Source: Treponemataceae bacterium (lineage in GTDB: Bacteria; Spirochaetota; Spirochaetia; Treponematales; Rectinemataceae). From it: a DNA stretch of 64,000 bases. Position numbers and translations under genes: made by a program. The notes beneath the pieces were generated by a model. That model did not search any database. It saw only the letters and a program-made list of their open reading frames with translations, and had not been told where the DNA came from. The stretch covers positions 480,001-544,000 of the forward strand of contig CAXXHO010000003.1 in assembly GCA_963667725.2 (NCBI GenBank). Reading direction: 5' to 3'. This document shows, piece after piece, positions 12,573 to 22,073 of the stretch (position 1 is its first letter; the number at the start of each line of letters is the position of its first letter).

Positions 12573-13844
12573 CTAAGCATCTGAAATGTTTTCTCCCGTT
12601 TCCGTGGATAAGGTCGCGCAACCTTCTCGGTAAAAATTCCCGGACAGGAAGATGCTAAAGCCAAGAAGAATCATGAACACGGCGCATACGATAACCAGCG
12701 TCTGAATTCGAACAACGTCAGCCAGCGGTCCGAAGATGACCATGCCAAGAGGCATGAAGCCCGTAAACATCACGTTGACCAGACTGAAAACCCTGCCCAT
12801 CATGGTCGGAGCGGTCTTTTCCTGAACAAGGGTAAACACCGCGGTTTGAGCCGCCGGTATGGTCATGCCGATAAAGAACATGAGAGCGGCGAAAAGCCAG
12901 AACGCGTTGGTGAGGCCGACGGCAAAAGAAGCGGCGCCATTGATCATGACTCCCAGGAACAATGTCTTGTTCCGATTCTTGAAGCCTCCGGTCGCGCCTA
13001 GCAGAAGTCCGCCGGCCAACGCTCCCGCGAAACCCACCGTCTCATTGATGGTCAGCAACAGCACATTGTCGCCGAAGGTTCTTCCGATCATGAGCGCCGT
13101 CAGGAATCCGGAAGGCACGCAGAGAAAAATATACGCCCCGTAGGTCGCGAGCAGTCTTCTCAAGAATCGGTGATTCCACGTGAACGAAAAACCTTCCTTC
13201 ATTTCCTTTAATACGGACGTGGGTTCCGTTCTTTCGGTCGGCCTATGCTTTGGCGTTTTTATTAATGCCAATATGCCGATGCCGATGACCGCGGTAGCTA
13301 CGTCAATGAACAGAATGTTGTGGATGGGGCCGACAGACATCAGCGCTCCCGCGGCTATGGGAGAAGCGAACTGGACAAAAGACTGAATGCTTCCGTTTAT
13401 TCCGTTCACCCGCATAAGCTTGTCTTCGGGAACGAGCTGCGGAATCATGGCGTTCACGGCAGGCGTCTGAATTCCGCTGCCGAGAGAACGGATGGCGGAG
13501 GCGATAATTATCGCAGGGAGGACCGTCGCGCCCATGTTGCCGGATATCATGTAAACCGCGAGCAGCAGGGTCGTCGCGGCGATGGCCGCGTCGGCGATCA
13601 GGATTATGCTTTTTCTGTTGTAGCGATCCGCCCAGACCCCCGCGAATAGAGACATGATCATCTGGGGCAAAAACGCCGCCAGCGTCAGGACAGTGACCCA
13701 GCCGCCCGATGATGTTTCGAGAGCCACATGCCAGATGATCGCCATTTGCACGATTTGCGATCCGAAAAGCGAAATTCCCTGGCCCGCCAGGAACGCGGTT
13801 ATCTTTCCCCGCCATTCCGGCATGCGCTGATTATCCGAATCCAT
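12573..13844 (-). CDS. MFS efflux transporter (Mef/DHA3-like)
   Basis: GQGISLFGS..VQMAIIW and GVWADRYNRK motifs; about 12 TM segments. Confidence 0.88.
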   Translation of the reverse strand: MDSDNQRMPEWRGKITAFLAGQGISLFGSQIVQMAIIWHVALETSSGGWVTVLTLAAFLPQMIMSLFAGVWADRYNRKSIILIADAAIAATTLLLAVYMISGNMGATVLPAIIIASAIRSLGSGIQTPAVNAMIPQLVPEDKLMRVNGINGSIQSFVQFASPIAAGALMSVGPIHNILFIDVATAVIGIGILALIKTPKHRPTERTEPTSVLKEMKEGFSFTWNHRFLRRLLATYGAYIFLCVPSGFLTALMIGRTFGDNVLLLTINETVGFAGALAGGLLLGATGGFKNRNKTLFLGVMINGAASFAVGLTNAFWLFAALMFFIGMTIPAAQTAVFTLVQEKTAPTMMGRVFSLVNVMFTGFMPLGMVIFGPLADVVRIQTLVIVCAVFMILLGFSIFLSGNFYREGCATLSTETGENISDA

Positions 13845-13938
13845 GATACCCCTCCGGTATATATTTGATGAAAAAGCTTACCACTCGATTTTTGACTGGT
13901 GGCATACTGGAGGCTTAATTATTTTTTTATTCGCGGCC

Positions 13939-14679
13939 TTAGCTTTCCCGTATGGCATTGAGAATGGCCAGCATTTCCAGCGCATCGTTTTCAGCCATGC
14001 TCAGCGCGGTGATATATCGATCGGCGGCGCAAACGATATCTTCGTCTTCATCGGGCGTATCGATCGCTTTCCTTACATTCGTATCGCCTCTGTCCAGTCG
14101 ATTCAGCATTCTTAGTATGGACATCATGGAATAGTGAGCGTTTCGAAGCGTTCGGATGATTTTCAGCCTATTCATATCCGCCAATCCGAATTTCCTGCGC
14201 CCGTTAGCGCTTCGCGGCACCCGGATCAAGCCGTTTCTTTCCCAATCGCGCAGAACATCGATGGTGACGCCGAGAATGCCCGCCGCCATGAGCCTGCCGT
14301 TGAGCAATACCGCTTTATCCGATTTTTCGTTTTTTTCAACGATGTTTGAGGCGATGAGGATAGCCTCTTCCGCTCTGGCCCTCTCCTCTCTCAGGTGCTC
14401 CAAATACTTCTTTGTGCCTCGATACGCCGCGTCGATATCGTTCGCGGCCGCTGTCTTCACGATGTCATAGGCTTCTTGCCTGAGCCTGTCCCCGATTATC
14501 TCCGCGTGGAAAGCCCTGCGCAACAGCCTAAGCTGCCTAAGATGGGCATCGTTGAAAATTCGGTATCCGCTTTCCGTCCTGGGTATCGCGGGAAGCAGTT
14601 CCATCGCTTCGTAAAACCTTATGGTATTGGGATGAACTCCGATAAGCTTCGCTATCTGGGAGGTCTTATAAGTGTTCAA
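13939..14679 (-). CDS. MerR-family regulator with two MerR HTH domains
   Basis: IAKLIGVHPNTIRFYE...RTESGYRIF and a second LGVTIDVLRDWERNGLI. Confidence 0.9.
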   Translation of the reverse strand: MNTYKTSQIAKLIGVHPNTIRFYEAMELLPAIPRTESGYRIFNDAHLRQLRLLRRAFHAEIIGDRLRQEAYDIVKTAAANDIDAAYRGTKKYLEHLREERARAEEAILIASNIVEKNEKSDKAVLLNGRLMAAGILGVTIDVLRDWERNGLIRVPRSANGRRKFGLADMNRLKIIRTLRNAHYSMMSILRMLNRLDRGDTNVRKAIDTPDEDEDIVCAADRYITALSMAENDALEMLAILNAIRES

Positions 14680-14736
14680 GGAAGGGCCTCCTCATTTTTT
14701 TTCTGGATTAGGTCGACAAATTTTTCCATTAATTAA

Positions 14737-14785
14737 AAAAGAGAAGGGCAATTCCTTTTATTATAAGGAATTGCCCTTCTCTTTT
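14737..14785 (-). terminator. 21-bp perfect inverted repeat (terminator-like) abutting the left att copy
   Basis: AAAAGAGAAGGGCAATTCCTT-TTATTAT-AAGGAATTGCCCTTCTCTTTT. Confidence 0.75.
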
Positions 14786-14796
14786 AGCCCCTAGGG
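14782..14796. repeat. att core, left copy (tRNA-Glu 3' end duplication)
   Basis: TTTTAGCCCCTAGGG, identical to 54201-54215. Confidence 0.88.
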
Positions 14797-15051
14797 CTAT
14801 AAAATGGCCTGTATTTGACCATTTTAACCAATCTTTTATTAGGTTTTCTTTCTTTGGGTATGGGCCTGAATCGGCAATTTACCCGAGTAAAAACATACCC
14901 GTATGTGTTTATAAATTTACATTAAGGAAGCTTCGGTGTCTAGCTGGTGCACAAGGTCCACTCTTAAAATAAAATGATAAAGAAGTAAAACCTGTACCAA
15001 TACAAGGATAGACGAATAGGTCGCTTTAGTTTTTATCCCAAATGTTGTTTT

Positions 15052-16161
15052 CTATATATTAAAATCTTGGCCTTTAATTGAAAACCAATAAAGGTTACTT
15101 TGTTTAAAGTATCGATTTTCATAAAGAACACTTGGAAAGGGCGAGCGCATAACGATATTTTTTATTACATCTTTGGCATCCTGTAACAATGGGGAGGTAG
15201 GTCCTATTGAGATTTGGGTTGTCCGCAATGGTGCAACTTCAAATTCTTTTTGCATGCTGCCTTCAACGGAAGAAAAAAAGGTCATTCGAATAATTACTGC
15301 GGCCGATGTCTCATCACTTCCAAGGTCATCAAAAATTAGATTACCTATACTGTAGCAAATGAGCGAACCATGGTACTCCTCAAGCCCTTGGAGCACATGC
15401 GGTCCGCTTCCGACTACTAAATCAGCCCCAGCGTCTATTAAGGATCTTGCGAGATGCTGTTGTGAATAAGTATAAGTTGTCTCATATTCGAAACCCCAGT
15501 GAAGCATAACCACCACAGCGAGAGAGGTTGCTTTGCATGTATGAATCTTATCTTTGAGCATTTCAACATTTATTGGTGCGATAACTGCGCCAAAGGATTC
15601 AGTAAAAGAAGTCTCATCGTCGTCAAAGCCGCATGACAGAACTGAGAGCGTCCCTCCGGGGCAGTTGATCCGAGCTTCTTTCCATGCAGCTTCCATTGTA
15701 TTTCCCGCACCTGTATGTACAATATGGGCTTCGTCGAGGGCGGCAATGCTTGCCAGTAATCCAGCAGGTCCATAATCCATGGAATGATTGTTAGCTAGTG
15801 CAACGACTGGGCTTTTAAATTGTGAAAGAGGATATAGTGCTTCAATTGGTGCACGAAATACGAACTGTTTATTCTTTGGGGAGCCGCCTTGACCAATAGT
15901 GGTCTCGAGGTTGAACAGGAATGCATTGCTATTTCGGGCGGCTTTGGCTAACGTGTCCCACCTATGGTCTTCCCATGAGTTAACACCAGTTTTGCCATTG
16001 TAGCGGTCAAGGAGGCAATCGCCTCCAACCAGCAGAGTCAAGACAGGCTGGCGCCGGTTTGAGCAAGATACAGTTACTACGTAGATTGTGATCACAATGA
16101 TTAGGAGGATCCATAGAACTGGACTTCCCTGTTTATTGCTTCGGGTGTTACGCTTAGCCAT
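15052..16161 (-). CDS. CapA/PGA_cap-family metallophosphoesterase
   Basis: GGDCLL, NLET, LANNHSMDYG, LHWGFEY, GPHVLQ and YSIGN motifs; N-terminal TM; start taken at MAKRN. Confidence 0.88.
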   Translation of the reverse strand: MAKRNTRSNKQGSPVLWILLIIVITIYVVTVSCSNRRQPVLTLLVGGDCLLDRYNGKTGVNSWEDHRWDTLAKAARNSNAFLFNLETTIGQGGSPKNKQFVFRAPIEALYPLSQFKSPVVALANNHSMDYGPAGLLASIAALDEAHIVHTGAGNTMEAAWKEARINCPGGTLSVLSCGFDDDETSFTESFGAVIAPINVEMLKDKIHTCKATSLAVVVMLHWGFEYETTYTYSQQHLARSLIDAGADLVVGSGPHVLQGLEEYHGSLICYSIGNLIFDDLGSDETSAAVIIRMTFFSSVEGSMQKEFEVAPLRTTQISIGPTSPLLQDAKDVIKNIVMRSPFPSVLYENRYFKQSNLYWFSIKGQDFNI

Positions 16162-16174
16162 GGCACGGCTCAGT

Positions 16175-17620
16175 ATGAAATTTTTTTGCATCATCGTTTG
16201 CACTATCCTCATTTCTTGCGCCCCGCAGGAAGTCCATCTCCATGATCGGCATTCTCTATCGTATGACCTTGTGAAATCCTATGCGAAGAACCATCCGGGC
16301 ACAACACTTGTCCTGCTAGATTATCATCATGATGTTAGCCCAATCGGCAAAATACCACTTAGCTCAAACTGGGTTGCCATGCTTTTACATGAAAATATTG
16401 TTTCTCGAGTTGTATGGGTTTCAGGACGAGATTTACTCCTTCCAAACAAGAATGCTCGGATTGTATGGCTGAATCGAAAGCTTGCTTCATTCTCGCCAAG
16501 CGATGCCGTATCAATCGAAAACCGTATCATCCTTACTGATTGGCATGAACTCGAGAAACAACGAATCAAAGGTCCCCTCGTTGTGAGTCTCGATTTTGAT
16601 ATATTCTGTCATGATCCAGGAACCCCGCCCGAACGTTTCTTGGAAGAAATATGTGTTTGGATGGGAAAACAATCTCCTGGTCTTGTGACCGTCGCTCTTT
16701 CTGCCGCATACGAAAACGATGCTTCCTCCGCATGGCAGCGCCTTCAGCGTTTTGTGGAAGACTATAAGCATAAAGCAAGGAATTCTGTGTGGTACCTTGA
16801 GGCTGGGGCAAGAGCTGCTGTTCCCGAGGGAGGCGAAGAAAGCACCGCTTGGCAGGTTTGGGAAAAGCAAAATGAAAGATTCGGCAGGCGAAATGAAGGG
16901 TTCCTCCCTGGTGCCAGCGTTTGGATGGTTTCGCCTCCTTCTCTTCGCTCAAGTTTGAAGAAGATAAATATCAAGCCGGGCGATTCAACGGCCAGAGATA
17001 TTATCTCGGGCTGGAATGATGATGATTTTGTAACTCTTGAGCAGCTGTTCCCTCAATCGGTGACAGATAAAGCGCTCGCTGCGGCAGCAGCAGCTGTAGA
17101 GGATTATTGGCTAGATAAAAGGCAGCCTCAGATTGAAACCGGTAAGAATGAGATAGGGATAGCGCTACGTATTCAAGGTGCACATGGCGATCGAGGCTGT
17201 CTTGCGCTCTATCACGGAGTCTCTAGTCTAGATGCTGCAGCAAGATATTGTGCTCAGTTAGCCGCTGATGATCCACGATATCCAGCGCTCCTCCCCTCAG
17301 AACGATCTGATCTCTTCCTTGAACTCTCGGTCTTTGGCCCATGGTATGACATGTGTGATCCTCTTGACTTTAGGCCCGGCCTGGATAGCCTCATCCTCAA
17401 AAATGGAAACGAAGTAACTTTGCTCCAAGCTTCCATCGCCGCACAGAGGGGCTACGAGCAGGAGGATTTTCTTGCACGCCTTTCAAACAAAGCCAGTCTA
17501 GGTTTGATGGGTTGGAAGAACCCGGGAATCAAGTTCATGCGTTCGCCTACAATTTGGTCTAGAAGAGCAATGACCTTCATTGAAGAGATGCCTGACTACC
17601 AGAAAAACGAGAAAAAATAG
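16175..17620 (+). CDS. Lipoprotein with an arginase/UPF0489-like N-terminus and a C-terminal AMMECR1 domain
   Basis: Lipobox LISC; LLDYHHD and SLDFDIF; C-terminal RGCL...AADDPRY...ELSVFGP...FLARLSNKA. Confidence 0.7.
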   Translation: MKFFCIIVCTILISCAPQEVHLHDRHSLSYDLVKSYAKNHPGTTLVLLDYHHDVSPIGKIPLSSNWVAMLLHENIVSRVVWVSGRDLLLPNKNARIVWLNRKLASFSPSDAVSIENRIILTDWHELEKQRIKGPLVVSLDFDIFCHDPGTPPERFLEEICVWMGKQSPGLVTVALSAAYENDASSAWQRLQRFVEDYKHKARNSVWYLEAGARAAVPEGGEESTAWQVWEKQNERFGRRNEGFLPGASVWMVSPPSLRSSLKKINIKPGDSTARDIISGWNDDDFVTLEQLFPQSVTDKALAAAAAAVEDYWLDKRQPQIETGKNEIGIALRIQGAHGDRGCLALYHGVSSLDAAARYCAQLAADDPRYPALLPSERSDLFLELSVFGPWYDMCDPLDFRPGLDSLILKNGNEVTLLQASIAAQRGYEQEDFLARLSNKASLGLMGWKNPGIKFMRSPTIWSRRAMTFIEEMPDYQKNEKK

Positions 17621-18447
17621 CTTGTGATATCTTCTTTATTTTGCCCAGTTAAGTCGAAAGAATTACAGTGGAATAAAATGGCGCTTTGTACTTCTGGGGT
17701 GAATAGTCTGGCAAGAACATAGATGCCTGGCCTGTTGTCACATCCTGCAACTATCCAACTAGACTGTGATGGAAATTGGAAAAAAGCTCGAGAGCGCTCA
17801 TCTTTTTCTTTCGTTGCTGATAAATCACCATGATGCGAAAAGTCAGTCGACACAAGTAGGAAATTCTTCTCTTTACCTTTTTTATCGAAGGCTGGCTGTA
17901 GCGCGGAAGCTAGGCGTTCTGCCATGGGTTGATCAAGGGGGGGCTCACCTTGACAAGCGATCGCTAGGACTTTTGCATTGGGGAAGTATTTAATAATATA
18001 GGGCGCTAGAACGGAAATGCCGTGTTCGTGATCAAAAACCGTCGGCTCAAGACTCACTCCTAGCTTCTTTGCGAGAGCTTTCATTCGTTGCTGATCTGAG
18101 GCGAGCTGCCCCTTTGATAAGAGCCAAGAACCATCGGTTAGTGAATAAGTTTGGGTCGAGAGCCCCCAATGGGATGGGCAAATGATATAGAACTGCTCCA
18201 CATTTCTTCGAGCTGCTAGTTCAAAAAACCAACGGTCGATTTGGGTGTCTGTCAGAAGATGATGACTCACTGTTCCTCCCCAAGGATGCGCATCTAGCGG
18301 AGGAAGGGCCTCGATTGGTATAGAAATGGACTTCGCAGGTCTTTCACCGAGTGATGCCCAAGTCGAATAGGTACGTACATTCTTTGAGCATCCTATGAGC
18401 AAAAAAACTGACGAGACTGCGAATGTTAACGCTCTACTTGCTCTCAC
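17596..18447 (-). CDS. MEMO1-like (AmmeMemoRadiSam protein B-like) lipoprotein
   Basis: Lipobox LIGC; SHHLL, PSH, EHGI and STDFSH motifs. Confidence 0.85.
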   Translation of the reverse strand: MRASRALTFAVSSVFLLIGCSKNVRTYSTWASLGERPAKSISIPIEALPPLDAHPWGGTVSHHLLTDTQIDRWFFELAARRNVEQFYIICPSHWGLSTQTYSLTDGSWLLSKGQLASDQQRMKALAKKLGVSLEPTVFDHEHGISVLAPYIIKYFPNAKVLAIACQGEPPLDQPMAERLASALQPAFDKKGKEKNFLLVSTDFSHHGDLSATKEKDERSRAFFQFPSQSSWIVAGCDNRPGIYVLARLFTPEVQSAILFHCNSFDLTGQNKEDITSYFFSFFW

Positions 18448-21269
18448 TTTTTTGCTTTTTCAGGTTCAGGCGGGAGGAGCATGCCTTTTAGCCAGAAAGG
18501 TTGGTATTTTTTCAAATCTGTATTCGGAGTATAAATGATTTCTTTCCACTTTTCGTCGGTCATGCGCTCGCTGATGGGTTGTATAAATTCATAATAACTA
18601 AATACATAACCTACGGCGATGCGTTTTCCTCCCTGTTGATCGTTGAGTGGAATATAAATCCGGTAAGGTATCCCCACTCCTGTCTCTAATACAACTTTCA
18701 ATTCGGCATTTGTAAATACATCAGCAATGATAGCCATCTTAAGTTGATCAGCATCTTCAACATCTCCACCCTCTATATGGACTAAGACGAGACTTACGAG
18801 CTCTGCAGGTATCGTGGCAATCCATTTGATATCAGTTGCTGCAACAGGCTTGTCCGAGGCTTCTAAAGCCGCAATCTCTGCAGCTTTAGAATAGATTTCC
18901 TGTAGACGCCCAAATGTTTTTGCACTCTCCTCATCAAGCAATTCGTATGCATCAAGAACTTTTAGGAATGTTTGTATTGCGGTGGCTGAGCTTTGCCAGA
19001 AAGGAAGGTTAGGTTCAAGGTAATGAATAGGCTCAGGGATAGCCTCTGTGCGGAAGGTTGGCTCGAAATCACCATCCCCAGCTCGTTCCGCATATGTCTG
19101 CTTCGCATAGAGCAGGGTATCATGCCTGAGTTCAGACCATGTCCCATGGGAGGAAAGCATCGCCTTGATTCCCCATGCAGGACTTTCTGTGAAGTAAAAG
19201 CCAGCCCCAGGTTCGAACTGCGCTTGGGTTTTTACTTGGAAAAGTACATTGTTATAGTATGTCTGCTTCCAGAAGCTCGCATCGTAGGAATTAAATTCTT
19301 GCTCTAGGGTATCCAGTCTTTGATTGAGACCTTCCATTTTTGGGTAGTCTGATTGTTGAAGGAATGATTCTGCAGTATGTGATCCAAATGCTTTCATGAT
19401 ATCAAGTCCGCGCACTATATCTCGACTCATTAGTCTAGGAGGAGAGACTTGCTGATGAATCGCTGAGTCGTAGGTAAATCTTTGTCCAAAAAGTCTCCAA
19501 CCCATTGGAGGTTTTCGATCGATGCTCTTAATATCGCCTTGTTCAATTACATTTCCTGTACCTTCTGCTGGACCCCAGAAAACTGAACTACTAGAAATTG
19601 CAGGTGGCTTGAGCTTTTCATGAGCCCGCTCCATGAATGTAATAAGGTTATCCTTGTTCCCAGCCCATGCGTTAAATTCCTGCTTGCTTACGCTTTGCTC
19701 CTTCCAAAGCGGCATAATATCTTTAAAACTCAGGTCATCGGAGAGACCTATAAGGGCGGTAATGGGATCGAATAGATTGCACCAAGATTGATAGAGCGTA
19801 GTGTTGTTTTTTACTGTATCAGTAATTAGTAGGGCTATCGGTTCCATCGCTAAAGTAAGAGCAGTCGAGTCAGAAGACTGCCCGTTCTGTGAGCCGACGG
19901 GGACGGGGCCTGATCTAGCTATAAGAAAATGAATTCGGCCAAACCACATCATTGTGCGAAAATAGGCTGATAGCGCGCCGTTCTTTGTGTAATGCCCTCG
20001 AGGCTTATACTGAGAGTAATCCTCAAGAGACTGCGTCCCGTTTTTAAAAGTGAAGACACTAGAGTTCTCAAAACCTTCAGCCTTGTCCATTTTCACGATT
20101 TCATCACGGACTTCGGTGGGATACGCTGAAAGGACGGCATCTTTGTCTTTGTCCGTATAAGCGATAGTTCTTGGTTCCCATCTTTGCGTCGGCGCTACCT
20201 CAACTCGATCTGGTGCCAAATCTAGCAGAGCCTGAGCGACTTGGAAGTAGAGTATAGCTTTATCAAGGAATTCCTGATTACCATCGGTCCCCGACGTTCT
20301 CGCTCTAAGATCAGCAATGAAAGCTTCGTTCAGCTTTCTCAAGCGAGGCAGAAAAATGGCTTCCTCAATATATTGAAGGGTTCTGTCAAACATGAGATGT
20401 TGAGCATGTGACGCAAGATCTGTTGTTACAAATATAGGTGTCTGCCGATTCCAGCCTACTGGGTTATTTGTCTTACGGTGTTTTGAATAGAGGGCGAGCA
20501 TGTCATCGGGCATGGGATCGGATCTATATCCCCAAAGATCGTATTCGAGCTTGCTAACTTCCTGGAATGCGAGTTTGTCTCTCTCTAATCTTTCAGTAAC
20601 TTGGGTTGGAAGCTCATGATAGCCAACAATGGGGTAGAATGCTTCGTACTTCCCTCCAGTTTGGTATAAACGGGCTGAGATGCGATTTGCTTCATTCGTA
20701 TCATTCAAACCATAGAGGTCTGCACCGTATACAATCCCTTCTTTCCCGTTATATGTAGTTCTATAGAACCAATTCCAATTGTCTTGAAATGAGAACATAC
20801 CATAGCGTTCAGTATTATTAGGATCGACGATTTTATCTCCTATGAGAGGAATTATCGTTCCAAAAGGGATGGGGATCCCGGAAGGGAGGTTATGCAAATC
20901 TGCAGCGCTTTCGAGCGTAGCATTGGGATATAACACACATACTCTGCTCCCAACTACTGCTGTCGAACCTTCTGGTAAGTCTTGATCAGGCAATGATATG
21001 AATCTCATGGGATCGGCCAGGTAATTTTTATGAGCTTCTGTGTGGAATGGCTTAACATCGAACTTGAAGTCTTTAAAATCGCTAGAATCGAGTTTTACTA
21101 AAGTTACTTCGATGTCCTTTTTTTCGCCTTTGGAGGTTTCCTCTTGTGATACTGTCCTGGAGGATGTATCTGCCTGTGACTCGCGAACAGGAGATTTTTT
21201 TTGACAAGAGAAGAGTATCAAGGAAGTTAGAATAAGTATGATGAATGTCAAGCGGGGCAGTTTTTTCAT
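18444..21269 (-). CDS. DUF3160-domain lipoprotein
   Basis: Lipobox LFSC; EDYSQYKPRGHYT, YFRTMMWFG, FGQRFTYDS, WSELRHDTLLYAKQ and GYVFSYYEF. Confidence 0.88.
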   Translation of the reverse strand: MKKLPRLTFIILILTSLILFSCQKKSPVRESQADTSSRTVSQEETSKGEKKDIEVTLVKLDSSDFKDFKFDVKPFHTEAHKNYLADPMRFISLPDQDLPEGSTAVVGSRVCVLYPNATLESAADLHNLPSGIPIPFGTIIPLIGDKIVDPNNTERYGMFSFQDNWNWFYRTTYNGKEGIVYGADLYGLNDTNEANRISARLYQTGGKYEAFYPIVGYHELPTQVTERLERDKLAFQEVSKLEYDLWGYRSDPMPDDMLALYSKHRKTNNPVGWNRQTPIFVTTDLASHAQHLMFDRTLQYIEEAIFLPRLRKLNEAFIADLRARTSGTDGNQEFLDKAILYFQVAQALLDLAPDRVEVAPTQRWEPRTIAYTDKDKDAVLSAYPTEVRDEIVKMDKAEGFENSSVFTFKNGTQSLEDYSQYKPRGHYTKNGALSAYFRTMMWFGRIHFLIARSGPVPVGSQNGQSSDSTALTLAMEPIALLITDTVKNNTTLYQSWCNLFDPITALIGLSDDLSFKDIMPLWKEQSVSKQEFNAWAGNKDNLITFMERAHEKLKPPAISSSSVFWGPAEGTGNVIEQGDIKSIDRKPPMGWRLFGQRFTYDSAIHQQVSPPRLMSRDIVRGLDIMKAFGSHTAESFLQQSDYPKMEGLNQRLDTLEQEFNSYDASFWKQTYYNNVLFQVKTQAQFEPGAGFYFTESPAWGIKAMLSSHGTWSELRHDTLLYAKQTYAERAGDGDFEPTFRTEAIPEPIHYLEPNLPFWQSSATAIQTFLKVLDAYELLDEESAKTFGRLQEIYSKAAEIAALEASDKPVAATDIKWIATIPAELVSLVLVHIEGGDVEDADQLKMAIIADVFTNAELKVVLETGVGIPYRIYIPLNDQQGGKRIAVGYVFSYYEFIQPISERMTDEKWKEIIYTPNTDLKKYQPFWLKGMLLPPEPEKAKK

Positions 21270-21574
21270 TTTTTTTCCTTATCTTTGCTGAACTCAAGGC
21301 TATCATGACATTTATATGCTGACAAGAATTTGTTGGTCTTGATAGTCTCATGAAAACCTTAGTCAAGTATGAAGCTTAATATTAGCATGCATCCTTCGCT
21401 CGCAACGGATGCCCCCCTTACCCCCTGAATCCGTAGTGTGGGAGTCAGCCGAAACGCTGCGGTTTACACTAAATAGCCATAGAGATTGCACCCCCCCCTC
21501 CCCATGGGTAAGAAGCTGCAGGAGGCGCCAGTCGACGCGAATGCATCGGCTTCAATCTGCTGTGGTCCGTGTCC

Positions 21575-21880
21575 TTCAGGTCGATATTGTTGGAGTATGC
21601 ACGACGATCCTGTCTTTCTTGGCCATAACGCGCTTCTTCACAGTGGTCACGGCGATCGAGATGAAGCTCCCATCATGAATCTGTATCTCCAGCTTGCCGA
21701 ATCCACGCTTTCGAGCGACTACTCTTAGTTCCTCGATACCCTCGTATTCCGGAGGGATCGCTGTACCTCAATCAATGTATGCGTAATAGTTCGCCGGCAG
21801 AGACAACCGCCTCATTATGCCCAGATTCTGCATGAAATTCAGAAATTTTCGAGCATTTCTGGCCTATTCGTCTTCAGAAA
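21575..21880 (-). pseudogene. Degenerate copy of the rep 3' end and the small YezD-like gene
   Basis: Aligns by eye with 25385-25690 (e.g. cccagattctg, catgaatctg, tcgtattcc blocks); frame disrupted. Confidence 0.7.
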
Positions 21881-21965
21881 GGTTTTGTTTTTTGAAGGGA
21901 ATTCCTGTTGGGTACTAAGCCAATGTCATGTTGACACTTCGCACCAAGAAAAGATTAATAGAATG

Positions 21966-22066
21966 TGGTGCAAAATCTGTGAAAATGGTACATAAATCGA
22001 TTACATGTACCAAAAATAAAAGATATGGTACAAATCCTTGACAAGTGTACCAAATAGATCAATACT
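21966..22066 (+). promoter_or_regulatory. fic promoter with phased TGGTACA/TGTACCA operator half-sites
   Basis: Motifs at 21966, 21986, 22006, 22026 and 22046 (20-bp period); TTGACA at 22038 and AATACT at 22061. Confidence 0.65.
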
Positions 22067-22073
22067 GGGATAT

